Origin: Methylophaga frappieri
GTDB taxonomy: Bacteria; Pseudomonadota; Gammaproteobacteria; Nitrosococcales; Methylophagaceae
Length of the DNA stretch: 32,000 nt
Assembly (NCBI RefSeq): GCF_000260965.1
Contig: NC_017856.1
Span: 450,001 to 482,000 of the forward strand
Reading direction: 5' to 3'
Shown: positions 9,085-18,689 of the stretch, in pieces
Layout of the letters: the number at the start of each line of letters is the position of its first letter
Position numbering within the stretch: position 1 is the stretch's first letter
Made by a program: the position numbers and the translations under genes
The notes under the pieces: generated by a model
Database searches by the model: none
What the model was told of the DNA's origin: nothing
The model's input: only the letters and a program-made list of their open reading frames with translations

Positions 9085-9107
9085 TTTCTGTCATTTTAAC
9101 TCTAATT

Positions 9108-10937
9108 TTAGCCTCGAGATGCCCGCTTTCTCTCGTGTTCAAGTAACAGTTTTTTTCGCAACCGCAATGATTTTGGCGTCACTTCCAGCAACTCATCATC
9201 GCCGATAAATTCCAATGCCTGCTCAAGGCTCATTCGAATAGGTGGTACCAGCGTGACGGCATCATCTGAACCAGAGGCTCGAACATTGGTTAACTGTTTG
9301 CCTTTTAACGGATTCACCACCAGATCGTTATCGCGCGAATGAATACCGATGATCATGCCTTCGTATACTTCGTCACCGTGACCAATAAACATCCGGCCGC
9401 GTTCTTGAAGATTAAATATGGCAAATGCGACGGCTTTACCGACACCGTTGGCAATCAATACGCCATTGATTCGTTTACCAAAAGTACCCGGTTTTACAGG
9501 CGCATAATGATCAAACACACTGTAAATCAAACCGGTTCCCTGCGTTGCAGTCAGAAATTCTGTCCGAAAACCAATCAAACCGCGCGAAGGAATCATGAAG
9601 TCAAGACGAATTCGTCCTTTACCATCTGGTGACATATCTTTTAACTCACCACCACGGGTACCCATTTTTTCCATCACCGTGCCTTGATGGGTATCTTCCA
9701 CGTCAATGGTGACCGCTTCGTAGGGTTCTTCTTTAACGCCATCGATTTCACGAATAATCACTTCAGGCCGTGATACACCAAGTTCGAAACCTTCCCGGCG
9801 CATATTTTCGATTAACACCGACAAATGCAATTCACCACGGCCAGATACCCGAAATTTATCCGGATCTTCGGGCAATTGCTCGACCCGCAACGCGACGTTA
9901 TGAATTAACTCACGCTCCAATCTTTCTTTAATTTGGCGCGTAGTAACAAATTTCCCTTCTTTACCAGCAAAAGGAGAATTGTTTACCTGAAATGTCATGG
10001 TGACCGTGGGCTCATCAACTGTCAGCGGCGGCAAAGCCTCAACGGCATTAGGATCGCAGAGCGTATCAGAAATATTTAACGGATCCAGCCCAGTGAAGGC
10101 AATAATATCGCCCGCCTGCGCTTGTTCAACTTCTTCACGACTCAGCCCCATAAAGCCCATGACCTGCAACACTCGGCCATTACGTTTTTTGCCTTCCCGA
10201 TCGACAACCGTAACCGCCGTATTCGTCTTGACCCGACCACGTTCGATGCGACCAATACCAATGACCCCAACATAACTGTTGTAATCCAGCGATGATACCT
10301 GCATTCGGAAAGGCCCATCGACATCTACAGCTGGCGCACTTACCTTATCGATCACCATCTGGAACAACGGTGTCATATCACCACTTCGAACACTTTCATC
10401 AAGGCCGGCAAAGCCATTCAATCCTGAAGCATAGATAACGTCAAAATCCAACTGCTCGTCCGTAGCATCGAGGTTGGCAAATAAATCAAAAGTTTGATCC
10501 AAAACCCAACCCGGGCGAGCGCTTGGTTTGTCAATTTTGTTGATAACGACAATAGGTTTCAACCCAAGCGCTAACGCTTTCTGGGTAACAAATCGCGTTT
10601 GTGGCATCGGGCCCTCGGCCGAGTCAACCAACAATAATACCGAGTCAACCATCGATAAAACCCGCTCTACTTCACCACCAAAATCGGCGTGTCCTGGCGT
10701 ATCGACAATGTTAATACGGTAGTCCTGCCAGCGAATCGCCGTGTTTTTGGACAAAATGGTAATCCCACGTTCGCGTTCAAGATCATTAGAGTCCATCACG
10801 CGTTCCTGTAACTCTTCGTGTTCACTGAACGTGCCTGATTGGCGCAGCAATTGATCGACCAAGGTGGTTTTACCGTGGTCAACGTGCGCGATGATCGCGA
10901 TGTTACGTAACTTACTGATATCGTTTGAAAGAGTCAT
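9108..10937 (-). CDS. typA: Translational GTPase TypA/BipA
   Basis: 609 aa. G-domain motifs are [14 protein letters not shown] and NKID. The EF-G-like domain order and the TypA-specific C-terminus are present. Confidence 0.97.
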   Translation of the reverse strand: MTLSNDISKLRNIAIIAHVDHGKTTLVDQLLRQSGTFSEHEELQERVMDSNDLERERGITILSKNTAIRWQDYRINIVDTPGHADFGGEVERVLSMVDSVLLLVDSAEGPMPQTRFVTQKALALGLKPIVVINKIDKPSARPGWVLDQTFDLFANLDATDEQLDFDVIYASGLNGFAGLDESVRSGDMTPLFQMVIDKVSAPAVDVDGPFRMQVSSLDYNSYVGVIGIGRIERGRVKTNTAVTVVDREGKKRNGRVLQVMGFMGLSREEVEQAQAGDIIAFTGLDPLNISDTLCDPNAVEALPPLTVDEPTVTMTFQVNNSPFAGKEGKFVTTRQIKERLERELIHNVALRVEQLPEDPDKFRVSGRGELHLSVLIENMRREGFELGVSRPEVIIREIDGVKEEPYEAVTIDVEDTHQGTVMEKMGTRGGELKDMSPDGKGRIRLDFMIPSRGLIGFRTEFLTATQGTGLIYSVFDHYAPVKPGTFGKRINGVLIANGVGKAVAFAIFNLQERGRMFIGHGDEVYEGMIIGIHSRDNDLVVNPLKGKQLTNVRASGSDDAVTLVPPIRMSLEQALEFIGDDELLEVTPKSLRLRKKLLLEHERKRASRG

Positions 10938-10999
10938 ATAGCGTCTTTATAAAAGGTATGCGCCATGCATACGTTAGAAAATATCGAGATTGATTTTTA

Positions 11000-11794
11000 T
11001 CACACCAACGCATCAGTCAGATGCGGTGTAATTGCTGCTTGTAAATGTTTATGCAGACCCATGCCTGCTGCCAGAACATGGCCTTTATCGAATAACTGAT
11101 CCTGACCTGAAAAATTGGTTACTATCCCACCCGCTTCCTCAACTAACAGGATACCAGCCGCTAAGTCCCAGTTCTGCAAGCCAATTTCCCAATAGCCATC
11201 GACACGCCCAGCAGCAACGTAGGCTAAATCCAGTGCCGCACTGCCAGCTCGGCGAATATCGGCAACCTCGGAAAATACCGCATTAAACATCGCTAGATAA
11301 CTCGCTTGATGCTGCGGATATTTAAAAGGAAAACCCGTTGCAATCAGTGCATCCGTTAGATCACGACGCTTGGTAACACGAAGCCGTCGTCCATTAAGCT
11401 GAGCACCACTGCCCCGACTGGCGGTAAACAATTCATCCCGTAACGGATCAAAAATCACAGCATGTGAAACTTGATCTTTGATACGAACAGCAATCGACAC
11501 ACAATAATGCGGAAAGCCGTGTAAAAAATTGGTGGTGCCATCCAGCGGGTCAATAATCCAAACTGTATCTGAGTCACCTTGTTCACCAGACTCTTCCGCC
11601 ATGATGGCGTGGTCAGGATAGGCTTTTTTGATGACACTAATGATTTCCTGCTCGGCCAGTCTATCGACATCAGACACAAAATCATTACGACCCTTAGTCG
11701 TAACAGCGAGGTGATCAACGTGCTGGAGTGAGCGCAAAATAAGCGAACCAGCCTGACGTGCTGCACGAACAGCAATATTCAGCATCGGATGCAT
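11000..11794 (-). CDS. suhB: Inositol-1-monophosphatase / Nus-factor protein SuhB
   Basis: MHPMLNIAVRAARQAGSLI... matches the E. coli SuhB N-terminus as I recall it. IMPase motifs WIIDPLDGTTNF and AAG..LV.EAGG are present. The ORF-track start at 11914 adds 40 implausible residues. Confidence 0.95.
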   Translation of the reverse strand: MHPMLNIAVRAARQAGSLILRSLQHVDHLAVTTKGRNDFVSDVDRLAEQEIISVIKKAYPDHAIMAEESGEQGDSDTVWIIDPLDGTTNFLHGFPHYCVSIAVRIKDQVSHAVIFDPLRDELFTASRGSGAQLNGRRLRVTKRRDLTDALIATGFPFKYPQHQASYLAMFNAVFSEVADIRRAGSAALDLAYVAAGRVDGYWEIGLQNWDLAAGILLVEEAGGIVTNFSGQDQLFDKGHVLAAGMGLHKHLQAAITPHLTDALV

Positions 11795-12024
11795 AGACAG
11801 ATTTTTCCAGAGCAAAAAACGTGAGAAAGGCCGTTTTGATTCACTTTTTTGTGATCGGCCCCCGAATTGACGCGACATATTATAGCAATAATTTGCATTG
11901 TTTCGCAGAAACAATGCAATCCAATGGACAGCTATTTTTTTTCCTGCTAGCTTATATCTGGCTTGGGTTTATCCCTATGTATGGAATTGCCAATCCCCTA
12001 CCTTAAAATTTAAGGAGTTTTAGA

Positions 12025-12324
12025 ATGAAATCATTAGTCAAATTGGGTGCCGTTGTTCTGCCACTGGTTATGTTAACTGCCTGTGCTAACACCGAAGAAA
12101 TGAATGCACTGAAATCATCTGTTGAAACAGCACAATCAACTGCTGACTCTGCAATGGTTGCTGCTCGCAATGCACAAAGCACAGCGGATACAGCACAGCG
12201 CACTGCGACTGATGCAGAGCTGACTGCACTGAACGCGCAAAAAGCTGCTGAAGATGCACAAGCTCAGGTCGATGAATGCTGCGCTAAAATCGATCGTATG
12301 TTTGAAAAAGCGATGAGCAAATAA
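12025..12324 (+). CDS. Major outer-membrane lipoprotein of the Lpp/OprI (alanine-zipper) type
   Basis: A strong SD (AAGGAG) lies 7 nt upstream. The signal peptide carries the lipobox LTAC. The mature part is an Ala/Gln-rich coiled coil. The C-terminus RMFEKAMSK ends in Lys, like OprI (RMLEKASRK) and Lpp (..KYRK). A strong terminator follows. Confidence 0.8.
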   Translation: MKSLVKLGAVVLPLVMLTACANTEEMNALKSSVETAQSTADSAMVAARNAQSTADTAQRTATDAELTALNAQKAAEDAQAQVDECCAKIDRMFEKAMSK

Positions 12325-12343
12325 GCCAGTCGCAATACAAACA

Positions 12344-12373
12344 AAAAAGCCGGGGTCACCCCGGCTTTTTTTG
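12344..12373. terminator. Bidirectional rho-independent terminator between the lpp-like and L,D-transpeptidase genes
   Basis: The sequence is AAAAAAGCCGGGG-TCAC-CCCCGGCTTTTTTT. A GC-rich 8-bp stem (12348-12355 / 12359-12366) has an A-run on one side and a T-run on the other. Confidence 0.85.
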
Positions 12374-12388
12374 TCTTATGCTTTTAGC

Positions 12389-13552
12389 TTACAGCATACT
12401 TTCCGGTAATTGCGCTAGCCAAACCCGTGTTTGCGCCGCTATCGCAACTTTATCTGCCATTGCTTGTGCTTGCTCCCGATTTTCAAACGGGCCTAAAACA
12501 ACTTCGCCGATGGCCCCTCCTCGGATAGGCCAAAACCAGTTTTGTAATTGTAATTGTTGGATTGCAGACTGCATTTTTGCCGAAACGTTGCTGCCCGTAC
12601 CCGCATGTAAAAACCAGACCTGATCAGCAAATCCCGAATCCGACATGTTCGGCTGTTGAGTCACGCCATTAGCATCCAGCACAATTTTCTCAGCATGTGT
12701 CCACTGTTCGCCTGCGGGTAATTCCGCATCCAAGGCTAATATGGCTTTAACGAGCGGGGTAGTGTTGCTGGCATCACGCTGATCCAAATCATCTAGCGGC
12801 TTATGTGCCTCGATGTAAAGCTGATTATTGGCCATACCAGCTTTGTATGGAGCATAGATAATATTCACTTGGGTTTGCAGACTAATCCGTTCATACAAAC
12901 TTTCAATATCTTCAGGATAAAGCCGAATACAGCCACTACTAACGCGTAAACCAACGCCATAGGGACGATGCGTACCATGAATCAAATAACTTGGATTGGA
13001 TAAGCGCATCGCCCGCGTTCCTAAAGGATTGTCCGGGCCTGGCGGCACCACTGCTGGCAGAATATCGCCTTCTGCCGCGTGTTCTCTACGAACTGACTCT
13101 GGCGGCGTCCAACTTGGATTTTCACGCTTTTGAATGATTTTGAGCTTACCCAGCGGCGTATCCCGACCTTCACGGCCAATACCCAATGGATGCGTGACGA
13201 CTTGCTGTCGCTTACCTGCCTGTTTGGGCGGATAGTAATACAAGCGCATTTCTGGAATATTAATGACCACGCCCTGGTGCTCCGTTGCCGGCAAAATATA
13301 TTTGGCCGGCACCAGTACCCGCTGGTTGTCACCGGGTACCCAAGGATCAACATCGGGATTGGCATTAACAATATCGCCATACCCCAAATCAAAATGACGA
13401 GCAATGTCCAGCAATGTATCTTTCGCCTGCGTATAAACAACCAGGTTATTACCAATTACCTGAGTCTGCTCATCGGGAATTTCGTACACCACCGCGACAG
13501 CATTGCTGCTAATGACTGTTGCCATCAGCAACAAAATAAAACGATGAATCAT
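12389..13552 (-). CDS. L,D-transpeptidase (LysM + YkuD, ErfK/YbiS/YcfS type) with an additional C-terminal SPOR-like domain
   Basis: It appears collinear with E. coli YbiS as I recall it, through MRLYYYP, TPLG, WTPP, LPAVVPPGPDNPLG and the catalytic HG....G.RVSSGCIRL. An N-terminal LysM-like segment (DTLLDIARHFDLGYGDIVNANP) is present. There are about 75 extra C-terminal residues (VWFLHAGTGS...EVVLGPFENREQAQAMADKV). The start is set at the ATG at 13552, which has AGGA 6 nt upstream and gives the signal peptide MIHRFILLLMATVISSNAVA. The ATG at 13567 is the alternative. Confidence 0.9.
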   Translation of the reverse strand: MIHRFILLLMATVISSNAVAVVYEIPDEQTQVIGNNLVVYTQAKDTLLDIARHFDLGYGDIVNANPDVDPWVPGDNQRVLVPAKYILPATEHQGVVINIPEMRLYYYPPKQAGKRQQVVTHPLGIGREGRDTPLGKLKIIQKRENPSWTPPESVRREHAAEGDILPAVVPPGPDNPLGTRAMRLSNPSYLIHGTHRPYGVGLRVSSGCIRLYPEDIESLYERISLQTQVNIIYAPYKAGMANNQLYIEAHKPLDDLDQRDASNTTPLVKAILALDAELPAGEQWTHAEKIVLDANGVTQQPNMSDSGFADQVWFLHAGTGSNVSAKMQSAIQQLQLQNWFWPIRGGAIGEVVLGPFENREQAQAMADKVAIAAQTRVWLAQLPESML

Positions 13553-13594
13553 GGAGAGTCCTGTCATAGAGACAAAAAAATAAATATTGTACGC

Positions 13595-13609
13595 GGTTTT
13601 ATTTATTTC
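13595..13609. repeat. Direct repeat copy 1 (GGTTTTATTTATTTC) in the ldt/bamD divergent intergenic region
   Basis: It matches copy 2 at 14 of 15 positions. It lies 3 nt from the plus-strand ATTGTA at 13586-13591, which reads as TACAAT on the minus strand and is a candidate -10 for the L,D-transpeptidase gene. Confidence 0.7.
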
Positions 13610-13655
13610 AGTACTGGAATAAAGGTGCGTTAACGGTACAAAAAGACTACAATCT

Positions 13656-13670
13656 GGTTTTATTTACTTC
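13656..13670. repeat. Direct repeat copy 2 (GGTTTTATTTACTTC)
   Basis: It lies 61 bp from copy 1 in the same orientation. It sits 2 nt downstream of the plus-strand TACAAT at 13648-13653, a candidate bamD -10. Both copies are followed by TGGA. Confidence 0.7.
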
Positions 13671-13693
13671 TGGATACCTGCGGCAGATACCCA

Positions 13694-14476
13694 ATGAAAA
13701 TAACTTTCTTGTCTCTCTTTTTGTTGCTTGGCCTAGCCGGCTGTTCCCTGTTTGGTGAAAAGGAAGAAGTCAAGGCAGATGAAAACTGGAGCGTCGAACG
13801 CATTTATGCTGAAGCTAATGCCGCACTTAATATTGCTGACTATCGAACCGCAATCGAGTATTACGAGCAGCTTGAAGCCCGCTTTCCATTTGGTGAGTAC
13901 GCACAACAGGCATTGCTGGAGTCGGCTTATGCCCATTATAAAATTGATGAGCCTGAAACAGCATTGGCGACCATTGATAGGTTCATGCGGGTCTACCCAC
14001 TTAATGAAAAAATGGATTATGCACTTTATTTACGTGGTCTCATCAGTTTTAACAAAGACGTCGGCTTCCTAGAGAAATACATCCCTCGGGATGAGTCTCA
14101 ACGTGATCCGGCCTCTGCGGAGGATGCACTTGCCGATTTCAATACCTTGATCGCACGTTATCCGACCAGCAAGTATGCAGAGGACGCAACCCAGCGCATT
14201 GTCTATTTGCGTAATCGCTTGGCACAACATGAAATTAATGTCGCCAACTATTATATGCGTCGTACTTCATACCTCGCCGCCGCCAACCGTGCAAGATATG
14301 TACTAGAAAATTACGCACGCACTCCAGCCATGCCCGAAGCGCTAGTGATTATGGCAAAAGCCTATAAAATTATGGAACTGGATGACTTGTCAGCAGATGC
14401 GCTCAGCGTTTTGCAACTGAATTATCCTGGCCATCCAGGTATTGCGGACGTTGAGCGCACCGTGCTGGCCGATTAA
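13694..14476 (+). CDS. bamD: Outer-membrane protein assembly factor BamD (YfiO/ComL)
   Basis: A lipoprotein signal with the lipobox LAGCS is present. TPR-like repeats and the conserved motifs YY.QLEARFPFG.YA.QA.L and A.RA.YVLENY are present. The length is 260 aa. Confidence 0.9.
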   Translation: MKITFLSLFLLLGLAGCSLFGEKEEVKADENWSVERIYAEANAALNIADYRTAIEYYEQLEARFPFGEYAQQALLESAYAHYKIDEPETALATIDRFMRVYPLNEKMDYALYLRGLISFNKDVGFLEKYIPRDESQRDPASAEDALADFNTLIARYPTSKYAEDATQRIVYLRNRLAQHEINVANYYMRRTSYLAAANRARYVLENYARTPAMPEALVIMAKAYKIMELDDLSADALSVLQLNYPGHPGIADVERTVLAD

Positions 14477-14485
14477 AAGAAGACG

Positions 14486-14516
14486 GCCGGATCAATATTA
14501 ACCCAGATGATCCGGC
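14486..14516 (-). terminator. Hairpin terminator after glnB, possibly shared with convergent bamD
   Basis: A 9-bp perfect stem GCCGGATCA/TGATCCGGC (14486-14494 / 14508-14516) has a 13-nt loop. On the minus strand it is followed by the U-rich tract TCTTCTTTTAAT. The large loop lowers confidence. Confidence 0.5.
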
Positions 14517-14525
14517 AAAAATTTA

Positions 14526-14873
<348 letters not shown>

Positions 14874-16514
14874 TTATTCCACAGCTGAAGTTACGGTATA
14901 TCCTGATGTAATTGGATAGCGCCGATCACGCCCAAATGCACGCTGACTAATACGAATGCCTGGCGGTGCTTGACGTCGTTTATATTCATTACGATCTACC
15001 ATTTTGATGACCTGTGCAACTATCTCAGACGAAAAACCTGCCGCAACCAGATCCTCGAAACTGGCATCTTGCTCGATATAACGCATCAGTATCTGATCCA
15101 GTAACGAATATGGCGGCAGGGAATCTTCATCACGCTGATCTTCAGCCAGCTCTGCTGACGGTGGTCGACTAATGATGCGCGCTGGAATCACCTGCGAAAC
15201 ACTATTGCGATAATCAGACAGGGCAAAAACCTGCGTTTTATAAACGTCTTTCAGAGGTGAAAAACCACCCGCCATATCACCGTAAAGCGTCGCATAGCCG
15301 ACTGCCATTTCACTTTTATTGCCGGTCGACAGCACCATGGCACCGGTTTTATTGGAAATCGCCATCAATAAAATACCGCGACAACGCGCCTGAATATTTT
15401 CTTCCGTTGTATCTACTTTTCTGCCGGCAAAGGACTGCTTTAGGCTATCCAAAAACTGATTAAATACCGGTTCAATTGGCAGTACGCTGTAGTTGACGTT
15501 AAGGGTTTTTGCCATTTCCTCAGCATCATCAAGACTGATTTTTGAGGTATAACGTGAAGGCATCATCACCGCTTGCACTCGCTCAGCTCCCAACGCATCC
15601 ACTGCTAGGGCCAGAGTCAAAGCCGAATCAATGCCACCCGATAAACCCAGAACAACGCCTGGGAAACGATTTTTGTTAACGTAATCTTTGAGCCCCATCA
15701 CCAAACCGCGGTACACCTTGGCCAATGAAGGTAACGCTTTAGCTATCTGTCCTGTGATAGCCAATTCTGCATTCGCTTCGATACTGATTGTGACCGGCAC
15801 CAGTTCCGTTTGAAAAGCGGATGCCTGCACTTGCACGACCCCATTAGCATCCACCGCAAATGAGGCACCATCGAAAATCAGCTCATCCTGACCGCCGACC
15901 TGATTGACATACAAAATCGGCAGGCTGTTCTCGACAGCACGCTTTCTGACTGCTTGCTCACGCAGTACAGACTTGTCCTGTTGGTACGGAGAAGCATTCA
16001 GGTTGAGAAGGATCTGGGCACCAGCATCCTGAGATTGCGCTGCAGGCTCGGTAAACCAGATATCCTCACAGATAGTGAGGCCAACGCAAATCCCTTTGAC
16101 TAGAAATGTCACCGGTAAATGGCCTGCATGAAAATAACGCACTTCATCGAACACACCATAATTGGGCAGTTTTTGCTTCAAATACTGGCAGCTCTGTTTG
16201 CCTTCGGCGATCACGGTGGCAGCGTTATAACAGGCTTTGCCCACATCACCGACAGGATGACCAACCACGACCGTAATGCCGGTTACCTGCTGTTTGATAC
16301 GATGAAGCGCTTTATCAACCCGTTTTTGCAGGCCGGGCCGTAATAATAAATCTTCAGGTGGATAGCCTGTTAATATCAACTCCGGGAAAACAACCAAATC
16401 AGCTTGATAATGATCCCGGGCCCGATGGGCTGTTTCAATAATCAAACTGCAATTGCCAGCCACATCTCCGACCAGCGGGTTAACTTGCGCCATCACGATC
16501 CGCAATGCGGTCAT
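14874..16514 (-). CDS. nadE: Glutamine-dependent NAD+ synthetase (CN-hydrolase domain + NAD synthetase domain)
   Basis: The N-terminal nitrilase-like domain has FPEL and ICED. The C-terminal part has the PP-loop LGLSGGIDS. The ATG at 16514 overlaps the sucD stop as ATGA. The ORF-track start at 16574 lies inside sucD. Confidence 0.93.
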   Translation of the reverse strand: MTALRIVMAQVNPLVGDVAGNCSLIIETAHRARDHYQADLVVFPELILTGYPPEDLLLRPGLQKRVDKALHRIKQQVTGITVVVGHPVGDVGKACYNAATVIAEGKQSCQYLKQKLPNYGVFDEVRYFHAGHLPVTFLVKGICVGLTICEDIWFTEPAAQSQDAGAQILLNLNASPYQQDKSVLREQAVRKRAVENSLPILYVNQVGGQDELIFDGASFAVDANGVVQVQASAFQTELVPVTISIEANAELAITGQIAKALPSLAKVYRGLVMGLKDYVNKNRFPGVVLGLSGGIDSALTLALAVDALGAERVQAVMMPSRYTSKISLDDAEEMAKTLNVNYSVLPIEPVFNQFLDSLKQSFAGRKVDTTEENIQARCRGILLMAISNKTGAMVLSTGNKSEMAVGYATLYGDMAGGFSPLKDVYKTQVFALSDYRNSVSQVIPARIISRPPSAELAEDQRDEDSLPPYSLLDQILMRYIEQDASFEDLVAAGFSSEIVAQVIKMVDRNEYKRRQAPPGIRISQRAFGRDRRYPITSGYTVTSAVE

Positions 16515-17392
16515 TTTGCAGCGGTTTCCATAGCCATCAAAATCGTCTGACCAATCTCGGCTGGAGACCGGCATACAGACACACCGGCTTTTGATAAGGC
16601 GGCGAGTTTGGCTTCAGCAGTACCCTGACCACCACTGATAATTGCACCGGCATGCCCCATCCGTTTGCCAGGTGGCGCCGTCACACCGGCAATGTAAGCT
16701 ACCACAGGCTTTGTCACATGGGACTGAATATACGCTGCCGCCTCTTCTTCGGCTTGACCGCCAATCTCACCGACCATAACAATCCCTTCCGTTTGAGGAT
16801 CCGCTTCAAACAAAGCCAGGCAGTCAATAAAGCTCATACCATGGATAGGATCACCACCAATGCCAACACAGGTACTCTGTCCAAGACCATTTTGCGTCGT
16901 CTGATGCACCGCTTCATAAGTCAATGTTCCAGATCGAGAAACAATGCCTATTTTGCCGGGCAAATGAATACTGCCAGGCATAATGCCAATTTTACATTCG
17001 CCGGGTGTTATCAGGCCCGGACAATTCGGTCCGATCAAATGAACATCACGGCCAGCAAGTGCCGCGCTGACTCGAAGCATGTCTAGAACCGGAATCCCTT
17101 CTGTAATACAAGCGATGACGTTTATTCCCGCATCCGCAGCTTCCAAAATGGCATCCGCAGCAAACGCAGCCGGAACGTAAATCATCGACGCATTGGCACC
17201 AGTAGCTTGAACGGCATCATTAACGGTATCAAAAACAGGACGATCAAGATGACTTTGCCCCCCTTTGCCGGGCGTAACCCCACCCACAAATTGCGTGCCA
17301 TAGTCAATCGATTGTTGAGAATGAAACGTGCCTTGCTTACCGGTAAACCCTTGACAAATAACGCGTGTCTCGCGGCTAATTAGAATACTCAC
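16511..17392 (-). CDS. sucD: Succinyl-CoA synthetase alpha subunit
   Basis: [24 protein letters not shown] matches the E. coli SucD N-terminus. The catalytic His loop MGHAGAII is present. The GTG start overlaps the sucC stop as GTGA. Confidence 0.97.
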   Translation of the reverse strand: MSILISRETRVICQGFTGKQGTFHSQQSIDYGTQFVGGVTPGKGGQSHLDRPVFDTVNDAVQATGANASMIYVPAAFAADAILEAADAGINVIACITEGIPVLDMLRVSAALAGRDVHLIGPNCPGLITPGECKIGIMPGSIHLPGKIGIVSRSGTLTYEAVHQTTQNGLGQSTCVGIGGDPIHGMSFIDCLALFEADPQTEGIVMVGEIGGQAEEEAAAYIQSHVTKPVVAYIAGVTAPPGKRMGHAGAIISGGQGTAEAKLAALSKAGVSVCRSPAEIGQTILMAMETAAK

Positions 17393-18561
17393 ACTGCGCC
17401 CTCCTGTGCTGCTTGAACGGCTAATGTCGCTGCCTGCGTTAAATCCTGTGCCGCCTGAATATTCATTCCACTGTCTGCCAGTAATGCGCGACCTTGCTCT
17501 GCATTGGTTCCTTCCAGCCGAACGATAACCGGCAAGTTCAATGCAACTTCCCGTGCCGCCTGAATAATCCCTTGCGCGATCAGATCACAACGGACAATAC
17601 CGCCAAAGATATTCACTAATATAGAGTTGACTTTGGCATCCGAAAGAATGAGTTTAAACGCCTCTGCGACGCGCTCAGCCGTTGTGCCACCGCCGACATC
17701 AAGAAAGTTGGCAGGCTGTCCACCCTGATGTTGAATTAAGTCCATGGTTGCCATAGCAAGCCCTGCGCCATTGACCATGCACGCGACATTGCCATCCAGC
17801 GCGATATAATTCAGTCCAAAGTCACGGGCGGTCACCTCGGCCGGATTTTCTTGGCTGGCATCAAACATCGCTGCCAAATCAGCGTGCTTGAATAAACTGT
17901 TTTCATCCAGATTGACTTTGGCATCCACCGCCAGCAACTCGCCATCGGTGGTGACGACTAGCGGATTAATTTCAACTAAGCTGGCATCATTTTCTGTAAA
18001 CAAACGGTATAAGCCCTGCATGACAGACTGAAATTGTTTGAATGTTTGGCCAGACAGCCCCAGAAAAAAGCCTGCACGTCGACATTGATAGCCCTGCAAA
18101 CCAACCACCGGGTTAACCGGTAAGGTCAGGATGGCGTCTGGCTCTTCAGCAGCAACGGTTTCGATATCCATACCGCCCTGCGCTGACACCATGAAAGTTA
18201 TCTGTTTGCTGATCCTGTCAACCAACACGGCTAAATAGATTTCCCGAGCAATGTCTGTTGGTTGTTCAACCAGCACCTGATGAACCGGCAAGCCTTGGCT
18301 ATCAGTTTGATGTGTCACTAAGCGTTGTCCAAAAAGACCTTGCGCAAACTCGCCCGCTGCTTCAGCAGAGTCAAGTAATTTCACTCCCCCCGCCTTGCCC
18401 CGACCACCGCTGTGAATTTGTGCTTTCACGACGCTACGACCATTGGGCAAGCGACTCGCAATTCGTTTAACATTTTCTGTATCGCTGGCAACCTCCCCAT
18501 GCGGAGTGGCAATACCGTATTGCGAAAATAATTGTTTGGCCTGAAACTCGTGCAGGTTCAT
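17389..18561 (-). CDS. sucC: Succinyl-CoA synthetase beta subunit
   Basis: The start [12 protein letters not shown]..., the ATP-grasp layout, and the [10 protein letters not shown] and VVRLEGTN motifs are present. Confidence 0.97.
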   Translation of the reverse strand: MNLHEFQAKQLFSQYGIATPHGEVASDTENVKRIASRLPNGRSVVKAQIHSGGRGKAGGVKLLDSAEAAGEFAQGLFGQRLVTHQTDSQGLPVHQVLVEQPTDIAREIYLAVLVDRISKQITFMVSAQGGMDIETVAAEEPDAILTLPVNPVVGLQGYQCRRAGFFLGLSGQTFKQFQSVMQGLYRLFTENDASLVEINPLVVTTDGELLAVDAKVNLDENSLFKHADLAAMFDASQENPAEVTARDFGLNYIALDGNVACMVNGAGLAMATMDLIQHQGGQPANFLDVGGGTTAERVAEAFKLILSDAKVNSILVNIFGGIVRCDLIAQGIIQAAREVALNLPVIVRLEGTNAEQGRALLADSGMNIQAAQDLTQAATLAVQAAQEGAV

Positions 18562-18689
18562 GATTAGTGTGCCTTTATTCTGACATCATGGTCACCGGCG
18601 ATACCGGAAATAAACCGTATATTTTGTCTTATTGCCTCAATAATTACCATCATCAATGCTATAGTGCCGCACGAAACTAAGGTAACGAC

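Noticed and set aside
10956-10972. Hairpin GTATGC-gccat-GCATAC between suhB and typA. Its stem resembles that of the typA terminator (GGGTATGC...GCATACCC at 9064-9083), which suggested a REP-like repeat family flanking typA.
   Set aside because: Only a 6-bp stem is shared, loop and flanks differ, and there are just two copies. It is more simply explained as a weak suhB terminator (followed by CCTTTTAT on the minus strand) plus coincidence.
11802-11814. boxA-like sequence TGCTCTGGAAAAA (minus strand) in the suhB leader. It recalls the Nus-factor boxA autoregulation described for E. coli suhB. A weak GGCCG...CGGCC hairpin with a U-rich tract lies just upstream in the leader.
   Set aside because: Only 9 of 12 positions match the GCTCTTTAACAA consensus, and the mismatches include the central TT. 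It lies only 7 nt from the start codon. The hairpin is interrupted and weak. I cannot distinguish this from chance without comparative data.
11795-11914. 5' extensions offered by the ORF track. These are suhB from 11914, nadB from 2828, nadE from 16574, ccoP from 29547, ccoQ from 29737, rpoE from 2804, ygfX from 4985 and the small zinc protein from 9057.
   Set aside because: The extensions start at TTG or GTG, or overlap the upstream gene. They add residues absent from well-known orthologue N-termini (e.g. SuhB MHPMLNIAVRAAR, RpoE MS..Q.LVERVQ, CcoP ...HEWDGI.E). The internal ATGs give the canonical N-termini.
12110-12250. Apparent internal repetition in the lpp-like gene (AQSTADSA / AQSTADTA / AQRTATDA), considered as a DNA tandem repeat.
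   Set aside because: The repetition is at the protein level, as coiled-coil heptad or alanine-zipper periodicity. The codons differ between the units, so it is not a DNA tandem repeat or a slippage-prone tract.
13021-13633. ORFs of 144 aa (minus, alternative frame) and 167 aa (plus, antisense) inside the L,D-transpeptidase gene.
   Set aside because: They overlap a gene with unambiguous YbiS-like homology. Their composition is odd (Trp/Arg/Ile-rich, many Cys) and they have no start context. They are typical shadow ORFs. The same applies to 16652-17086 (+, in sucD), 2385-2759 (+, in rpoE), 6776-7123 (+, in pilR), 21346-21895 (+, in the GGDEF-EAL gene) and 7-252 (+, in mucD).
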